Assembly: GCF_000150275.1 (NCBI RefSeq)
Contig: NW_002060949.1
Coordinates: 1,795,836-1,859,835, forward strand
Direction: 5' to 3'
Length of the DNA stretch: 64,000 nucleotides
Origin: Trichoplax adhaerens
Taxonomy: Eukaryota; Animalia; Placozoa
In this document: positions 1 to 15,770 of the stretch, one piece after another
Position numbering within the stretch: position 1 is the first letter of the stretch
How the letters are laid out: the number at the start of each line of letters is the position of its first letter
Translations under genes and position numbers: made by a program
The notes under the pieces: model-generated
The model's database searches: none
What the model was told of the DNA's origin: nothing
What the model saw: only the letters and a program-made list of their open reading frames with translations

Positions 1-4
1 AAAT

Positions 5-3000
5 ATGGAGGACGAAAGCGAAGTAAATTATGAGCTTATTTAGTCCGTCTTATTCTATCGTGACTTAAACTTTGATACATTATAACTCTAGATAGTGTTT
101 ATTAATTATCATTTCTGACCTTTAAATTAATTTAAATTTCATTTAGCGTCCAGTTTCACGTTTGCGTGATCTTAGAGATACGGTAACAATGACTCGATTC
201 GATGATCCTACGGTAAGATTTTAGAGCAACTATTAGCTAAAATCACTATTTACTTGCTAGCTATAATCCTACTAGACTACTAGTAATTCTTGCTTTCTTA
301 GCCTAATTATAACTTCTTTTAATTCACAAGCTGGGGACTATCAGTCCAGTACCTCGAGATGATGATGAACAAATGGATTCAACATTAGAACGCTCTGCTC
401 AACTATCAGCACGTTGGCGTCGTACTGGTGAACGCAAAAAAACAGCTGATGGGGTAGGTGATTCAAAGCGTTGCAAATAAAATTTCTTACTCTTGCAAAA
501 AATTAATGTTTCATATTATCAACATTTGCTCATTTTCAGACGCCAATGCCAACATATGAAGAAAGACTGGCATTTTTTACTGGTAATTTCGACTTTGTTG
601 ATGATGAAGACGATTTCGTTAGGAAAGAAACCCCAACTGTTACGAAACCAAAACTGACTGATATTAAAGAAGAGGACTCCCATTCTAGAAAAGACCTGGA
701 AGAAAGAGGTACTCCAGACGATCAAGAATCAAGACCAGATGATGCTAGTCAAGAACCTGAGATAACTCAGGTATTAAAACAATTATTTTAATGATATTTA
801 ATTCAGTCATATTATGGCTCTTACAATTGAAGTTGTGATAATAATATTAAAGGCAAGAGATGACGAAGATCAAGCTGAAAGCCAGCAACCAGCAGGAACG
901 GAAGACGAAACTGAAGATTTATTATTAGACGACGATGGGAAATTAACGCGCCCACTTAAAGCCAGATATGTACCATTTAAAGAAAGACTAGAAAAAGAAA
1001 ATCAAATATACTATATACCCAGTGTTAATGGTGTTGATTTCAGTCAAAAAACTGAAGATACCAAAGCAGAGCCTCGTCTTTTAGAAGACGAGGGATTTTA
1101 TGTTGGTGATCAACCTGCCGTGACAACACGCAATATCAGGTTTATTGAAGAACGTATATCAAAACAAGCCAATAAGGTAAGGTAGTAAAGAAAATACATA
1201 TTTCACGATTATTCGGAAGCAGAGTTTTATATTATGATCGTAACAATTGTACATAATACCATTTTCAAAGTTAAATCAAAAAATTTAGCGATATTTATGA
1301 TGTATAATGCTTAAAAGTATATGTATAGTTAAGAGTTTAGCTCTAAAAGTTTTTTATTTTTGGCTCATTAGAAATATTGAACTTAATGACAATTGTAGTA
1401 AAAATAATAGATACTATTTTTACTTTAGATTGACACTAAGAAACCGTCACGATATATTAATTGGAGATGTAGTTATGTTATCAAATGAAAATATATCACA
1501 ATTTAGATTGTTATTATTAATATCAGATTTGGAAGTGATATTTTGACTGAATTATGAATCATCATTATAGGGAACGAAATGGTTTGATCAAGGTGGAAGA
1601 TTGAAATATTTAGCGGATCCGTTAAAGCAAAAAGTAACTCGTCCTGTAATAGCTCTCTTTAAAGATGATGAAGAATCTAGCTTAAAATTAGATTATGTTA
1701 AGGTAAGCAGCAGGACAATATTATAACCATTTTATGTTTTTAAGTTGTTACTTTATGCTATGATTAACGACTAATGTTTTGTATCATCAATTAAAATGTA
1801 TAATCTTAGTTTTATTCCTTTATCATTTGTCGAAATTTAATTGGAATAAATATTTCTTTAAGTAAAGATACAAAAATACGAATAAAAAGAGCGTTTTCAT
1901 AACAATTTAGCACTTATTAACACTTTTGCAGCCCATTGTGACTTCACAAGATAGCTATGTAAAATCAAACGCTAAAGAATCTCAAGATTATCAGCTAGAT
2001 ATTAATCTATCGTCGCTTACCTTTACACATCATCCATTAATGAGGTATTGATTTTAAGTATTTCACAAATTGTTATATCCTGCCAATATTAAGGCGCTGT
2101 TAGCTTTTAATGATAATCAGAACCTTCTGTTAATGACTACGATAGGCGAGATGATCAAGCCAAAATTTATGTTTCCGAAGTAAAATTGCATTATATTATA
2201 CAGGCATCTAATTACTCTACTATTAATGATTTATTTATTATAGTCATGAACACGTTTTTCACTTTCGAATTCTTCGGCAATATTACGAATACTGTCAGCG
2301 TAAAAAAGGCAACACAGCAAATTATTATACTGGTAAATTACAAGCTTTAAAGGAAGCTATTTTTAATCTACAGCATGTAATCAAAAGCCATCATAGTGAA
2401 GATATAATCGCTATACAAGCTACCGATCGATTGAAAGATTATAAGTTTGAAGTTAGGTAAGCATATAGAAATGTATACATTAAATTAGCCGGCAGTTATT
2501 GATAAGTTGATTTATTAAATGTTAAATTACTGTGTTGCAGCTACTTGCCCAAATCTAGGTATCTCTATGTAATCACTTTTTTACAAATATATGTAATATA
2601 ACCTTGATTTCTTATTAGTAACGTAAGACGAATGCGAGACAGCGAAGATTACAAAGATCGATCCTTAATTAAAAGCATGATAACAACATGGAACGAACTA
2701 AAACAGTTACGTGAGAAACAGGGATATGCTAATACTTCAACTAAATTAATTATGCATAAAAAAATAGTTGATAAAAAGGAAGATGCAGTAAAATGGGATA
2801 AAGAAATTAAAGATGAGTTAGAAGAGGCGAGGTACAGGACGTAAAAATCAGCCATTATGAAATTGTAAACATTCCTCGATTAGTACTAGCTCTTTTAGCA
2901 TATTAGATTTTAGATTTAAAAAGGATGAATAATAAAATGTAAAGCAATAATTTTTCATCTCATTATTGCTGTCGTAACTTGCTTGCGTAGGGAATTTTTC

Positions 3001-6000
3001 GACGAAGAATATCAAGAAAAATTAGCGAATTATAAAAAAGAATTAAAAGAATGGAAAAGAAAGAATAAAGGCAAGAAACGAAGAAAAAAACGTAAACAAC
3101 GACAGCAACAAGATGAAGAAAATCCAGCAGAAGATGAAGTAGTAGGAACCGACTTATTCAAGCCTGTACCGCCTGATAATTTTAATGAGCAGCAAGCCCT
3201 GATTGAAATTAAAGAAAATGCAATTAAGTGTCGCAGGCGTCCTGGTGAAGCGATATTATTTCCTGAACTTGTTAATACCGTGCCTATATCGCCAACCTCT
3301 AAATGTCCAAAGTAAATTATATTTACATTCTTGATAGGATAGTATTTGATAACTCCATTTTACTAGTTAATACTATGGCCTAACGATTACAATCAATATT
3401 TTTGATGTATTCAATAATCAGACTAGCTTAGAATTTTGTTTATGATAAACTCTTCTATATACGGTATAATCATATCAGGCTACCCAAGAGCGTGCAACTG
3501 TAATTTATGTCTAGTTTATTTATTTTTATCATTAATAAATTAAGTAAATAAGACCTCACTGCAATTTGCCACTATGTAACATTTTTAAATATATATAGAA
3601 GAGGCAAGATGACTGTGTAAAACTATTAACTGAATTTAAAATTATTTATTTTTACGAAAAAGAGCCGAAGCTCAAAGACGTCGCGAGGTGCAAGAATGGC
3701 ATGCCTACATCCGTATTTTGTTCAATGATAATGAGGTGCATAGAAGTGCAACGAAAGCTTTAACTGGTGATTTTAACATCCATTTTGGTGAAATATGTAA
3801 AGCTAAAATCATACAGTGGCCGGAAAACATCAAACTTGAGGTCTGATAAAGTGGATTAGTTGACAAATTGAAAGTAGACTTTATAGCTAATTTGGAACAT
3901 TCAGTTAACTTTCTTTTAATAGAACTAATATAATTTTTAGCATGCTGAACGTCATGATTCTTTTTGATCCTGTACAGCTATATGAAGCAGGTATAATTAG
4001 TAGTAGATTAATTGCTCAAGTATTTATACCGCCACCAAATTCGATGTCTCACGCTGGATTAAATCCAGAGCCGGAGGCATTCCAATTTAGTAGTGACTTG
4101 AAGATTTCATACAATCATACTGGTGTTGGCGCGGGTAATTCTTTAGTATATTTTAAATTTTTTACTATACTAGTTACGGTTAAGCAGATACACTTAAAAT
4201 TGAGCCAAAATGTCCAAAATAACGCCGTATTAAACTAAAATATTTAGGTGTGTCCGTGACCGCAACAGGATCAGAACATCCAATGACTTTATTAATGTCG
4301 GGTGACATTTACTCTAATGTGGTTTGGTCTGTCGACGAGAATGGCTGCCCAATGATGCCAGCAATTCCTTCTGTTTCCAAAGAAAAGCAGTAAGTAATAT
4401 GTAGATTTATTTTCTTCTGGATTACTTTTAGTTTAGAATTGGTACTTCTTATAGTACTATATTGATTCTTAAGTACTTTAGCAATTATTTAGGCAGTCGC
4501 ACAGCATTTTAAATTGCTCCGTTCTGATTAGATTTGTAAAATTTCTTTTAATATAGAAGTAACACTATTTAAGAAAATTATTTAAGTGACAAAACCGTAC
4601 TATTTGCTGTAATATTTTTTATACAAATGTAGTACTATGAAAATAATTATCGTTAAACTTTTATAGATTTATGGTAAATTCAGTTACTGTTTAGTCTATC
4701 ATTTGCTTAAAATGAATTCTTAAACCTCTCGGACTAGAATTATGCGTCTATAATAAGCTAAATTTAAGATTAAGTAATTTTATATCTAAGTAATTTATCT
4801 ACTTCTACTAGAGCTATGCAACGTGTTGATGCTGTTGCAGCTATTGGCGCCAGAGGCATTATTGACATTCAAAAGTTAATGGATTGGATAGGTATACCTT
4901 TACAATTGATTTTTAAAATTTCGATTGCTACCTGATACTTCAGTGTAGATTTACCACAAACTATAACATAATTGTGTTGCCTGCAATTTATAATAATTAA
5001 TAATATCATCCCTTATACTTGCTCTTTGATATAATGTAACAGTTCAATCACGTCTGGATCCCAATGACCCTGCCAATGATTCCTTGCTCGACATTTTGAG
5101 GGTAATTTGAAGACTGTATACTATACAACTGGTATCATTACTTCTTTAGCAACAAATACATGATTGAATTAAATTTCAAGAAATGACCAAAATAAAATGT
5201 AAAGGGAATATACAAGAAATACGCAGTACTAAATCTTAATATTCATTTATAGGCATGCGGTGTTAGCCCAGACGGCAAAGTTTATTTACCAGATTATTTC
5301 CGGCTTAATTCTTTAAGTCATGAAAGTGATTTGGGTACAGAAGAAGATATTGACAAGAGTAAACGATTTAAAATATTAAAGCTAAGAAGTCAGGAGGCAT
5401 CAGAATTTCGTAACTTAAAGCAAGTGCCAATTAGGGATATTGATATTCCTGACGATATTCTCAGGGTAATGTTTGCTATATTTACAGTAATTAGTAGCCG
5501 ATATTACTTTCAGTTAAAATAATATATCTTTTAAGGGCACAGCCACAACATTATGATAGATTCCTTCTCAGCTCAATAGGTTAAACGAATTGGTGGAAAA
5601 TAAATTATGATGATTTCTATTACGTTTAAAATGATAACCTTTCATTGGTAAATTACAAAATCCATCAGTGACCACTTGCTTATGCTATCCTCTAGTTCTC
5701 TTTCAGTTTAACGATTTTGATACATAAATATATCTATACTGGGGATGATTGCGTTTGTAGATCATTGATATTGCATTTCTTTGCTTTATCCCTTATACTG
5801 CAATGCTATTTGATAATATAACTGGTATGATAACTGAAATTCTCATTCCCCCCTTATTAATAGCTACACTACACTACATGTAAACGTAGTTTCGATTATC
5901 TTGCTTGTAATCTTCTCATTTTAAAATTTCACGTTTGATTAAATAGGATTATTACAAGCGTTTAGAAGAAGATGAGAAGGTAGATTTGACTGCTTTATCA

Positions 6001-9000
6001 CATCGAGAGAGAGTCAATCGTTTTCTGTCTAAAGTACGCGAAGAAGTTTTACAGCGATCTCGAATCGCTCAGCGACAATATCAGTTATCCGACGTTGTTC
6101 GAGAAGATTTCTTACCGGATATTGGGTAATGACCAATAATGAGATGTTATCATAATTTCACTTCATTCGTGGTATTATTAGAAATTTTGCTATAGATGAC
6201 AAATTCAGGAGAAGACATAATGTCATTTAATAGCTTAAGAAATATATTTTTAATCAATTCGCGTCTTTTAGAACACTCGGGGCAAGTGTTGGTCAGTTGC
6301 TTAAGCCTCGTAGACCCCTTCGTCCTGTCCGTAAAGAGAGAAAGAAAATAGCTGCGCAAGTAAGTTATCTGAAAAGTTTTTATCGACCAATATTGTAAAT
6401 ACCAAGCGGTACATTATCATCTAGTGATTATTGCAGTGGTACAACAGCTGTTTTGAATGCCGTAAATCGATATTTCTCACTGAAAATAATCCTATAAATT
6501 ATTTACTTAACTTTAGCATTTGGGAATGATGAATGTCAAGATTCTTGTTAACGTGGTACGAGCCTTCGATATACCGATTAGGAAAAACCATCCTAGGTAC
6601 ACAGAAGATATGCTTTACGTAAATGAGATAATGACTATGTGCAGTTGAATTAATTATCGAGGATATTGCTCACTAGTAGAAGATACTCGTATATTGAGTA
6701 TTTATGATGGTATAGAGCTAACCAATGAGAAAATCTTTAATTATAGATCGGATGATCAGACTCAAAGTACTATGCGGCATGATAATACAACTGATATAAG
6801 AGGAATCAGAAATTTAGATGCAGAAGAATTACAAACAGAGGTGACTCATACTATCAAATCTAACTAAGCCCACTTATATTCCTCTAAGAAAGAATATCTA
6901 ATATATAAAATCACAACATTAAAGAAAATGAGTTTCTTTATCCTACCATGCATAGCTAACTTCAGAGGCATATTTGATCGTTTCGTATTTAGGTTCAAGT
7001 TAGGCCTTTTGTAGAGGTTATGTTTCAACGAAATATTCGCAGAACAGAAGTTGCTGATGGCCCCAATCCAGCATGGAATCAACAGATTGTTATGCCATTT
7101 AGGTAAGAACTATTGCCATTTGCAGTACTTGTTACCGTACTTATAACGACTGGATTTTGCAGTAAAATTATTCTCTATTTGCTCTATCATAAATTATTTA
7201 TGATACGATAGAAAATTACGATATCTACGGTATTAAAATGATTATTATATTTTCACAAAATTTTGAATATACAGTTCTTGACCGAAATTTAAATTTCATT
7301 TCACAATTATTTTAATGAAGAGCTCCACACGATGACTACTCGTCCAATAATTTAATGACCGTAAACGACGATATTTACTTCAATCTATTCGATGAAGAAG
7401 TGATAGATATGCTCTCAGTAAGTAATAATTTAAATCAAAAATTATTTCCTATAGCGAATTAAAACTGGTGATTAAAACTTATTGGAGAAGTACCGGTAGT
7501 AGTGCCTAGTTATTTAAAATAACAGTCGCATATGCGTTTTAATGATCATTTTAAATACAGGACGATCGCGAAAGAGGTACCAATATTCATCGTCGTAAGG
7601 AACGACATTGGCTCGGTAGTATCAGGATTCCATTTTCTACACTATATACTAACTCTCGGGTAAGCAATAACGATTTGAATTAAACTGTAACTCTCACTAA
7701 TGCGATAAAAGTTGAACACTTTTGTATGATTTCCTCGAAAAAACAAGACCAGATAGGTTATATGTATATTCTAATACATTTTATTTATACAATAGATCGA
7801 GGGATCTTTTCGAATTAATTCACCAACTGTCCTGCTGGGATATAGTCACGCTAAAAGTGCACAAGTTGAAAGTGGCCAGGCTTTATTGGACGTTGGAAAA
7901 GGCTCACGTAGTCAAACTTACCTTAGTATGTTCGTTACTATCGAACCTCCACTAGCACCACCACCATCCATCAAAGAAAAGGTATCGCTTGTTTGAAAAA
8001 ACATTGCTGCTATAATTTGAATTTATGACCGATTGATGAAATAGGTTTTAACGGGTAACGGTTTCTAAAAATTTAAGTTGATTAAGAGCTACTAATAATA
8101 TTCTTTCTTTAGTTCGATAGTAAAGAAGATATAAAGTTGTTAAAGTATTCGCAAACTTGGTTAAACGAATTCGAATCCAAATTTTCCAATCGAGAAATTA
8201 ATGTAATGTTTATTACTTAAGCTATTTCTATTTTTAATGTAGATGTTATCAAGTTATGCAATCTTTATTCATATGAGATATTTTTAACAGATTTTAGTAA
8301 CCGATATCAATGGCATGTCAGTCTTTGTAACTCGCTATATCACACCGCAAAATCCTCCGGTAGAAGTTTATCAAGAAGGCGTAGAACCAACTCTTGAGAA
8401 TTCGGTAAGTGCTTTTATACTCTTATTGATGTTGTTAAATTTTTAAATATAATATTAATGTACACTTCATATATAATATATATTTCGTAGTTATTATTGT
8501 AAGCAACTATGGCCATAAATTTTTATATTACAATATAGAATGTCATTAAATCTTTTATATAATCAATTTACTACATAGGAAACGGTCGCTCGATTTGTCT
8601 CCCTTATCCCTTTCATATCCGACTCCGTTTCATTTGCTGGCCTTTGTGATATCTGGAGCACATCCAGTGTGAGTATACCACTTTTGGTTGTTAAGCTAGA
8701 TGCAAAGATAGCAATAGTCAATAGTCAATAGTAACAATATTTTTGAAATCTTGACTAGCATTGTTTCTTTGCACCAATGTGTTAATGAGTTATATAATAA
8801 ATATACTTAAATACTGTTACTTTTTAGCAATTTTTGCAAATGTTAGCCGGAGATGAAGAAGAACATGCTGTATTACTATGCAATTATTTTCTGTATATGG
8901 GTAAGAAAGCTTGGATAGCTCTAGGGATGGGAATTCCTGAAGGTACGTAACAAATCTTATACCTATATTGCTTAAATAATTCATGCTATTTTTGAAAAAA

Positions 9001-10482
9001 TATGTATTTATCATGCGTAAGTCATAGCAGAATTCTAATTTAAGGAATAAATTGATTGATTGACATGTGCGATTAGGTTCGACGGCATACGTTGTTTCTG
9101 AAGAAGCAAATGGCGATTTTATGTTTTGGAATGCTAGTACTGGTGACCATTTTCGTCAACATGACGCGCATTGCCCATTACAGAGTATTGGATGTTTAAT
9201 TGGTCGAGATAATGTAAATAAATAGTTTTGCTACGATAAAGTCATAAATTTAATAGGTTGCAGTAGTATCCTAATATGTAGTCATGGTAATAGTCGTTTT
9301 TGCAATCATAAATAAGTCACTACTCGTCTACGTAAATTGATTTAAAAAGCTATATGTGAATTAATCGTCTGATATTATTAACACTTTAGGTTTATGCCAA
9401 TATTCAAAGTAATGATATCCCGTCAAGAATGAGCATGGATACTACAAATACAAAACTATGGAAACCATTCTTTAATAGCTCTTTTCCATATCCCGGCTTG
9501 AGTAGTGTACAAGTCAGTAATGCTATATTATTAAAATAAGTATTAACTAATGTACAATCAATTTAATTCTTGCAAACGTGCTGAGAATTGATAATTTGAT
9601 ACCTAGAACAAGGTGGAAAAAAATAATTAAATGATGATTTATTCATATATAGGAAGAAACATTGGTATATCATGCTACCGATTCCAATTATGTTGGAGAA
9701 CTCGAGGAAAGGTAGAAAATAAATTCTTCAAAAGAAGCAAATTTTCTAGCAAGATATAATCTAAATTTTTCGTCTAATACTTATGACCTATTTTATTAAA
9801 GGATTGAACTAGTTTTGAAAGAGAGCATTATGTCCTGGAGGAGACGTTTTGTAACGAGATGGAACAGGTATGATTATAAGCTGAGGCTGTATTTCGAACT
9901 GTACGTTTGCCAATGACGAATTGATAGAAGTGTCTGATTATTTTTTTAATTTCTTATTGACAAAATAGGTATTGCACAAGAGCATTTCGTAATATTCTAA
10001 GCAAGTAAGTCAGCTAATAATTTTTCCAATTTTTTATTAACAATTAATAGCATAACGTAGTCATCTAGCTGTAGGCATGTAGGTAATTTCTCTTTTGAAA
10101 AATGATTAGTCTTGAAGAATCAAGAAGAAATGCCTCAGAGGAACGACACTTAAACGAACTTAGCCATATCCTAGATAGCTATAAGGTTAGAAATGCAGTT
10201 ATATGTGTCTGCATATCATGAATAGCAATGCTGTACATATTAATAAATTCGTACTATGAATAATAGTTATTTCATATTCAATTGTAGCTATCCGGTTTTC
10301 CCATCCATATGCCTTATACTGACATAGAACCAGTCATTGACGCGGTTTATAGTACGGGAGTGCATACTGTTGAATCGCCTGATGTCGAATTTGCTTTAGC
10401 TACTCATATCCATGCTTATCCAAATTCCGTATTGTCGTTATGGATATATGTTGGCACAGTCACAAAAATCAGTTCAGCATAA
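5..10482 (+). CDS. CC2D2A: Coiled-coil and C2 domain-containing protein 2A (MKS6/JBTS9 ciliary transition-zone protein), multi-exon
   Basis: Many GT-AG-bounded exons. Peptides include [13 protein letters not shown] (~1070), LTFTHHPLM (~2020), [13 protein letters not shown] (~3235), the C2 segment [10 protein letters not shown]...[16 protein letters not shown] (~7000-7100), the transglutaminase-like [15 protein letters not shown] (~8850), WNASTGDHF...CPLQSIGCL (~9130) and terminal [24 protein letters not shown]...SA* (TAA ends 10482). ATG at 5 (MEDESE|gtaaat) is the likely but unproven start. Confidence 0.93.
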
Positions 10483-13400
10483 TGCTGAATTTTCACTCAG
10501 CAGTTTGATATATCATGGTAGAAAGCACCTCGACCTATTTTGATATTACATATAGGTATTTGTGATAACAATATCAGAATGATATAAGTCATATACCGTA
10601 ATCATTTGTAGCTTATCCTTTTATTAGCAGCAACTAATCGATATTAATTGCTAAATTTGCAAATATGAAATGTTTGTAACGGAAAAAGAATATTATTACC
10701 AATTAATTATTTTCAATATTGTACTGTATAGCCGTTTCTTAATCGAAAATTTTAACTTCTTAGCAAAAGCAAGAGGTTAAAAATTTTTTACTTTAAAAGT
10801 ATTTTTATAGCAGTTCGCAATAAAATCATAAAGGAGGCTTAAGTTGCGGCTTCGAAGAAGTGTTGAGTTACGTTCCTTCCTTGAATGGTAATACATAAAC
10901 TTCCTGATTTTAAAAATTAATATTACAGAGTAAGTCGAATTTACTTTCACTTTCATTGGTAGCAGCTACGAATAACAATATCTAGTTATATTTGTATAGC
11001 TGTTATATATAGATACCATTTGTTTTTAAATTACCGAATTCACTTTGCACATGATAATGTTGTAAATATAATCATCATTGCTATTACAATGTACCAGAGA
11101 ATTCGCACATTATACAGTATAAATGAAGTAGATTTAGTATCATCAAATGATTCAGTAATGAATATCTCTTACGTATGGAGGATTATTGAAGTTATTTTAA
11201 ATTTCGTTAACGAACTATCTGCCCATCTACTGCAGATAGATATAAATATTTCTTTTATACCGGATCTGTGTATTAGTGTTTATAAACTGATTAACTATAT
11301 TGTTGATATTGGTAATATATGTATCATAAGAATTTATTATTCTTGTATAATTTTCTGCTGGAATTGAAATTTGATTTTTTTATGTTATAAATAAATTCCC
11401 TTTCTTTATTTAAATTAACGCTTGTTCGTATGTGCTTCCTTACTGATCTTGGTTACTTCATCCTTACTATGCTTGAGACTATATCTAATTCTAAGCCTGC
11501 ATTGTATTAGGTATATACTGGACTACGCTAACTCAATAGTCAGTACAGTACAACTTAAGGTCATAAATCAGAGACAGCGTTCACTTTTGTTAAAACAAGA
11601 GATATAATTTATGTCAGGGGAAGCAATCTTTAATATTACTTTAGATAGCTTATAACCTAATTTAGCATTGCTAATAAAAATTATGGGTTGTATATAGTTA
11701 CTCAATAGTTTGTATGCAAGTCAGGGGCCTTCATTTATATGTTTACATCCCGATCCTGAGAAATTTGATGCAAGTTCATTGAAAGTGCTACAAAATAATT
11801 TCAATCGACAATACTATTGCAATTCAATGAATATCTTAGCTTACTACTATACTAAATCATGCAGTAAAAATAATTGATTGACTTTTATGCCAGCAATAAA
11901 TTAATTTCAACGGCAGAGTATAATGAAGCCAAGGTTGCGCTTTATTCATTATATTCAAATGGATATTAAATATGTCGCTCTATTATAGTAAAGAAATGAT
12001 TAATTTCAGCTATAACTGAGCAAAGATTAATAATATTTAAGATCAAGTCTTAATATGGTAGAAATACCATTGAATTATGAACAGACTGATCAGTAGATCG
12101 GTTGATAAGAGCATAAGAAATTTAGCAACCAAATGGCTATATATATGAATATATTATAGAAATTGATAATACTAAATAAATGCAAGGTATTAAAAACAAC
12201 AACGACAGATTATAGAAAGGAAATCAAGTCTAATAGAAAAGCAACAGCTGAGTTGTCTACAAAGAATTTTTTCAGTAAAAATGTACAATCGGCTAGTATA
12301 TTCACCATTTAAGGCAATGCATGAAAGCAGCTAATTTTTCTATCTTTTATCTGCGGTAATCGTATTGTTATGAAAACTTTGCAGATTCTTTTCCTTTATT
12401 TGTGTAATAGTGGTATATGCTGATACCTGCAAATTTTGATAAAGTCACACTTTTTATAGTAATCTTCATAAATGGTCAAGGAACTTAGTAAAGGCTTATT
12501 GCAGCTACATGAATAAAACTCGAGAAGCATATGCAGTATCATTCAATATTTTCCTTATTATTGTGCTTCTACGTACAATGTTATAACAAGTTAAGCAAAT
12601 CGTAAGCAGTATTAAATTCACTTTATAAGAGTAAGATAAGGCATTAAAATTTTCCCTTTGCTATTATAACTGGAGTCAACCCATACCACAGGTCTTTAAT
12701 CGCGGACGACTTTCAAATGCATTATCAAACGGTTTCAGAATTCAGATGGTAATTGTCAAATGCATAGCTTATAGCTATTTGCGAAGTTGTGAATCCAACT
12801 TAATAATTATGGTAACAAAGATGGTATAATAATATCAAATGTAACCGCAGTAAGTAATTAATTAATTCTTTGAACATGTTCCAGGTTGAAAAGAGCTTTA
12901 TACGCCTTGAAATCGATTTCTTATTAATTATATTGCGACTGTATCGCCAATAATGCGTAGATATGCTGTATAACATAGCGATCTCACTTTGAAATTTGCC
13001 TTAACCGAACTTTTTAACCTTTACAAATAAATATTCAAGTACGAAAAAAAATCATTCGAAAACTATCGCATATGCTGTTTCATAATTATATTGATCAATA
13101 CATCGTACAGCGTTATACAGATAGGATTGTACAAACAGAATTTTGTAACATAAAGTGACTCAAAGTGTCTCATTGTCAGTAAAAATGAAATATAAATCGA
13201 TTTCAGTATATCGTACAGTGCAACAACTTATTGTAGTATATATCAGTTTAGAAATTAGTTAGAACTGTACTTTCTGGCATCAAAGGATTTAAATGTTGTT
13301 AAAAATTCTTCGAAAGGTATTAACCTGTTACAAAATGTGATAGTATCAATAATTAACATACATAAGTGTAAAAGTGTTTTGTTTACAACTTCTAAAAAGA

Positions 13401-14061
13401 AAACAGCGAAATCTCGTTGCACAAAATATTAATATATTACAACTGTTAGCATATCGAGGACACTAAATTGTTTTATGTTTTGTCGTGCGGATCATGTATA
13501 CAGCATTGCTAACTAAAATTATTATTGGTTCCGCTTGACAATTTTGAGGTTCTCCTTCAATGCTTCTTTGATAAGTATCATAAGTTCATCAATTAGTGAT
13601 GTCTTTAACTTCAATATGTATTAAAACCATTACAGTTGTCATTTTTTCATAATATAGGCAAATGTTACCGGTGTGGTGTATATTTTATCACTATTATGGT
13701 TTAGAAATGAGCGATTCACTTCATAAGAATTTCCTGAAGATATTCAGAATGGCTTTGATGTTAAATTTGCTTATGAATTTATCATTTTAGTGAGGAGTAT
13801 CTTACTAATTACTTATTGTATGTTGGCTAGCTACAGTCTCCGAAGTAGAATTTTAATTAATTATACTTTTTTTCGATAGCTGCTGATGTTAACTTTACAT
13901 GTGGACATATGATAAAGTAAAAAATTGTTCGAAAATGAAAAAAGTTAACGACTTCAATTGACTACTGTTACGATGTTACAAGATATGAAATTACGTATTA
14001 AAATTTTATGACTTGACAGCCAGAAAAAGTACCATTTTTGCTTCTCGCATAGGCTATATAT

Positions 14062-15228
14062 TTAAGCTAATGGTCCTAAGCCTGATTCAAACCACTGATC
14101 TTGCATTAATTCGGAGACTTCAGGTGTTGTATACAGATCTTCGGGAAAATCGAAAACACTGATCTCACCACTATCGTCCATAGGAGATATAGCTAATGCC
14201 TGATCTAAAGTTATCATATCTAGAGATGACCAATCGGCTGATAGCTCGTCATTATTTAGACTATCACTTTCAGTCTCAGTACTGACACTAGTATCAAAAT
14301 TGTTATATTGTTGATTGAATTGATCTTGTAACTGTTCTTGTTGAAATTCTTGAGGACCTGGAGCGCAAATAACGTCATCATAAAATGAAAATGTTTCAGA
14401 AATGCCTGCAAATTGTTGCTGTTGTTCAAGTGGTGTTGGTGAACCTGGTACTTTAGCTGGAGGTGTTGCTGGAGTCGGTAAATCTGCCTTTTTCTTATTA
14501 TTATTATTATTTTTGCTAGTATCATTTTGATTTTTGATGAAACCATTTAATCCTTTCGATTTAACTTTGGAATTTTTACTTTGTTGATTGGTTTGATTTG
14601 ACTTTATCTTACAAGCTGTTGTACTATTACTGCCGTTTACAGTTGAATTGCTATGGTTGTGATTACTGAGCTCGTTGTTTGATTTGCTATTATGCTTATT
14701 TGATGCTTTACTACTTCCGTTGCTGCTTTTACTATTGAATTTGCCATTGAGGATATGATTACTTTGTTTTGAATCTGTAGAGCTGATTCCGCTGTCGGTA
14801 CTACTAATGCTGCTAGTACTACTGGCGCAACTATTATTGCCTTTGTGATTATTACTAGCAGTACTTGCTGCTACTTTTGGCTTCTTTTTCCTAGGTCGAT
14901 ACTTGTAATCTGGATATGTTTGCATATGCTGAACGCGCAATCGCTCAGACTCTTCAACGAACGGTTTCTTTTGATCGTCGTTTAATAACTTCCATCTTTT
15001 GCCTAATCGTTTGCTAATTTCAGCATTGTGCATATCTGGATGATGAACTGACATTTTCTTACGTTCAATTTGTGACCATACCATAAAAGCATTCATAGGT
15101 CGCTTAATATGGTGATGATGATGATGATGCTCTTTCTTGTTGTTGTCATGACCATTTTGACTAGATGTGATGTTGGGTAAAGTAACGCTGGATTTCTTAG
15201 CTATTTTATCAAGATCAGCTTCAACCAT
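14062..15228 (-). CDS. SoxC: SoxC-group (SOX4/11/12-like) HMG-box transcription factor, intronless
   Basis: 388-aa ORF. HMG box [20 protein letters not shown]...[18 protein letters not shown]...[12 protein letters not shown]-terminal [23 protein letters not shown] matches the SoxC transactivation motif ([21 protein letters not shown]). Confidence 0.96.
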   Translation of the reverse strand: MVEADLDKIAKKSSVTLPNITSSQNGHDNNKKEHHHHHHHIKRPMNAFMVWSQIERKKMSVHHPDMHNAEISKRLGKRWKLLNDDQKKPFVEESERLRVQHMQTYPDYKYRPRKKKPKVAASTASNNHKGNNSCASSTSSISSTDSGISSTDSKQSNHILNGKFNSKSSNGSSKASNKHNSKSNNELSNHNHSNSTVNGSNSTTACKIKSNQTNQQSKNSKVKSKGLNGFIKNQNDTSKNNNNNKKKADLPTPATPPAKVPGSPTPLEQQQQFAGISETFSFYDDVICAPGPQEFQQEQLQDQFNQQYNNFDTSVSTETESDSLNNDELSADWSSLDMITLDQALAISPMDDSGEISVFDFPEDLYTTPEVSELMQDQWFESGLGPLA

Positions 15229-15689
15229 GTTGATTTTTATTGTTCAATTGTGAGTTATTTCAATTCTTTCTGATATAAAATGATTATTATGCAAATGAAT
15301 AAAAGGCTTGCTGATATCAAAAATTTTATGGACAAAAATGTTCGGAAAATAATCTTAGCCAAATCTCAATGCCCGAGCAAAGTAATAAATGTTGCACTAT
15401 ATTGAAGGAAACGATCTAATTAAAAAAGTCAAAAGAGAACAATAAAACCATTAATATATTAGTTCTTCTTATAATTTAAGATAGAATTCAAGAATTTTAA
15501 TAACAAAAATAATAATATACATAGGCGCTAGGGCATGTGCATCTACTCTGCGAAAGAATGAATTTCTACGGCAGCAAATAATTTATTTTCCATTCATCGA
15601 TCATCATCCAACTAGCAGAAATTGAAAGTAAGAGTAAAAGTAAAATAATGCTTACAGGCATGATAACTATTGTTTTATGATCAATTTTT

Positions 15690-15770
15690 TTTTCCCTTAT
15701 ACCCCCTCCTGATTGCTATTATTATAATTTTTATAATACATTTTTTCTTCCCCATTTAATTACCAATATC
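15690..15770 (-). promoter_or_regulatory. Candidate SoxC core promoter (TATA-like plus CCAAT)
   Basis: GGGGGTATAAGGG on the minus strand (TATAAG at 15696-15701) and CCAAT at ~15762, about 470-540 bp upstream of the ATG. Motif evidence only. Confidence 0.35.

Noticed and set aside
11020-11607. 115-aa and 61-aa ORFs between CC2D2A and SoxC
   Set aside because: Non-ATG starts, Ile/Asn/Tyr/Leu-rich composition typical of AT-rich chance ORFs, and no homology recognised.
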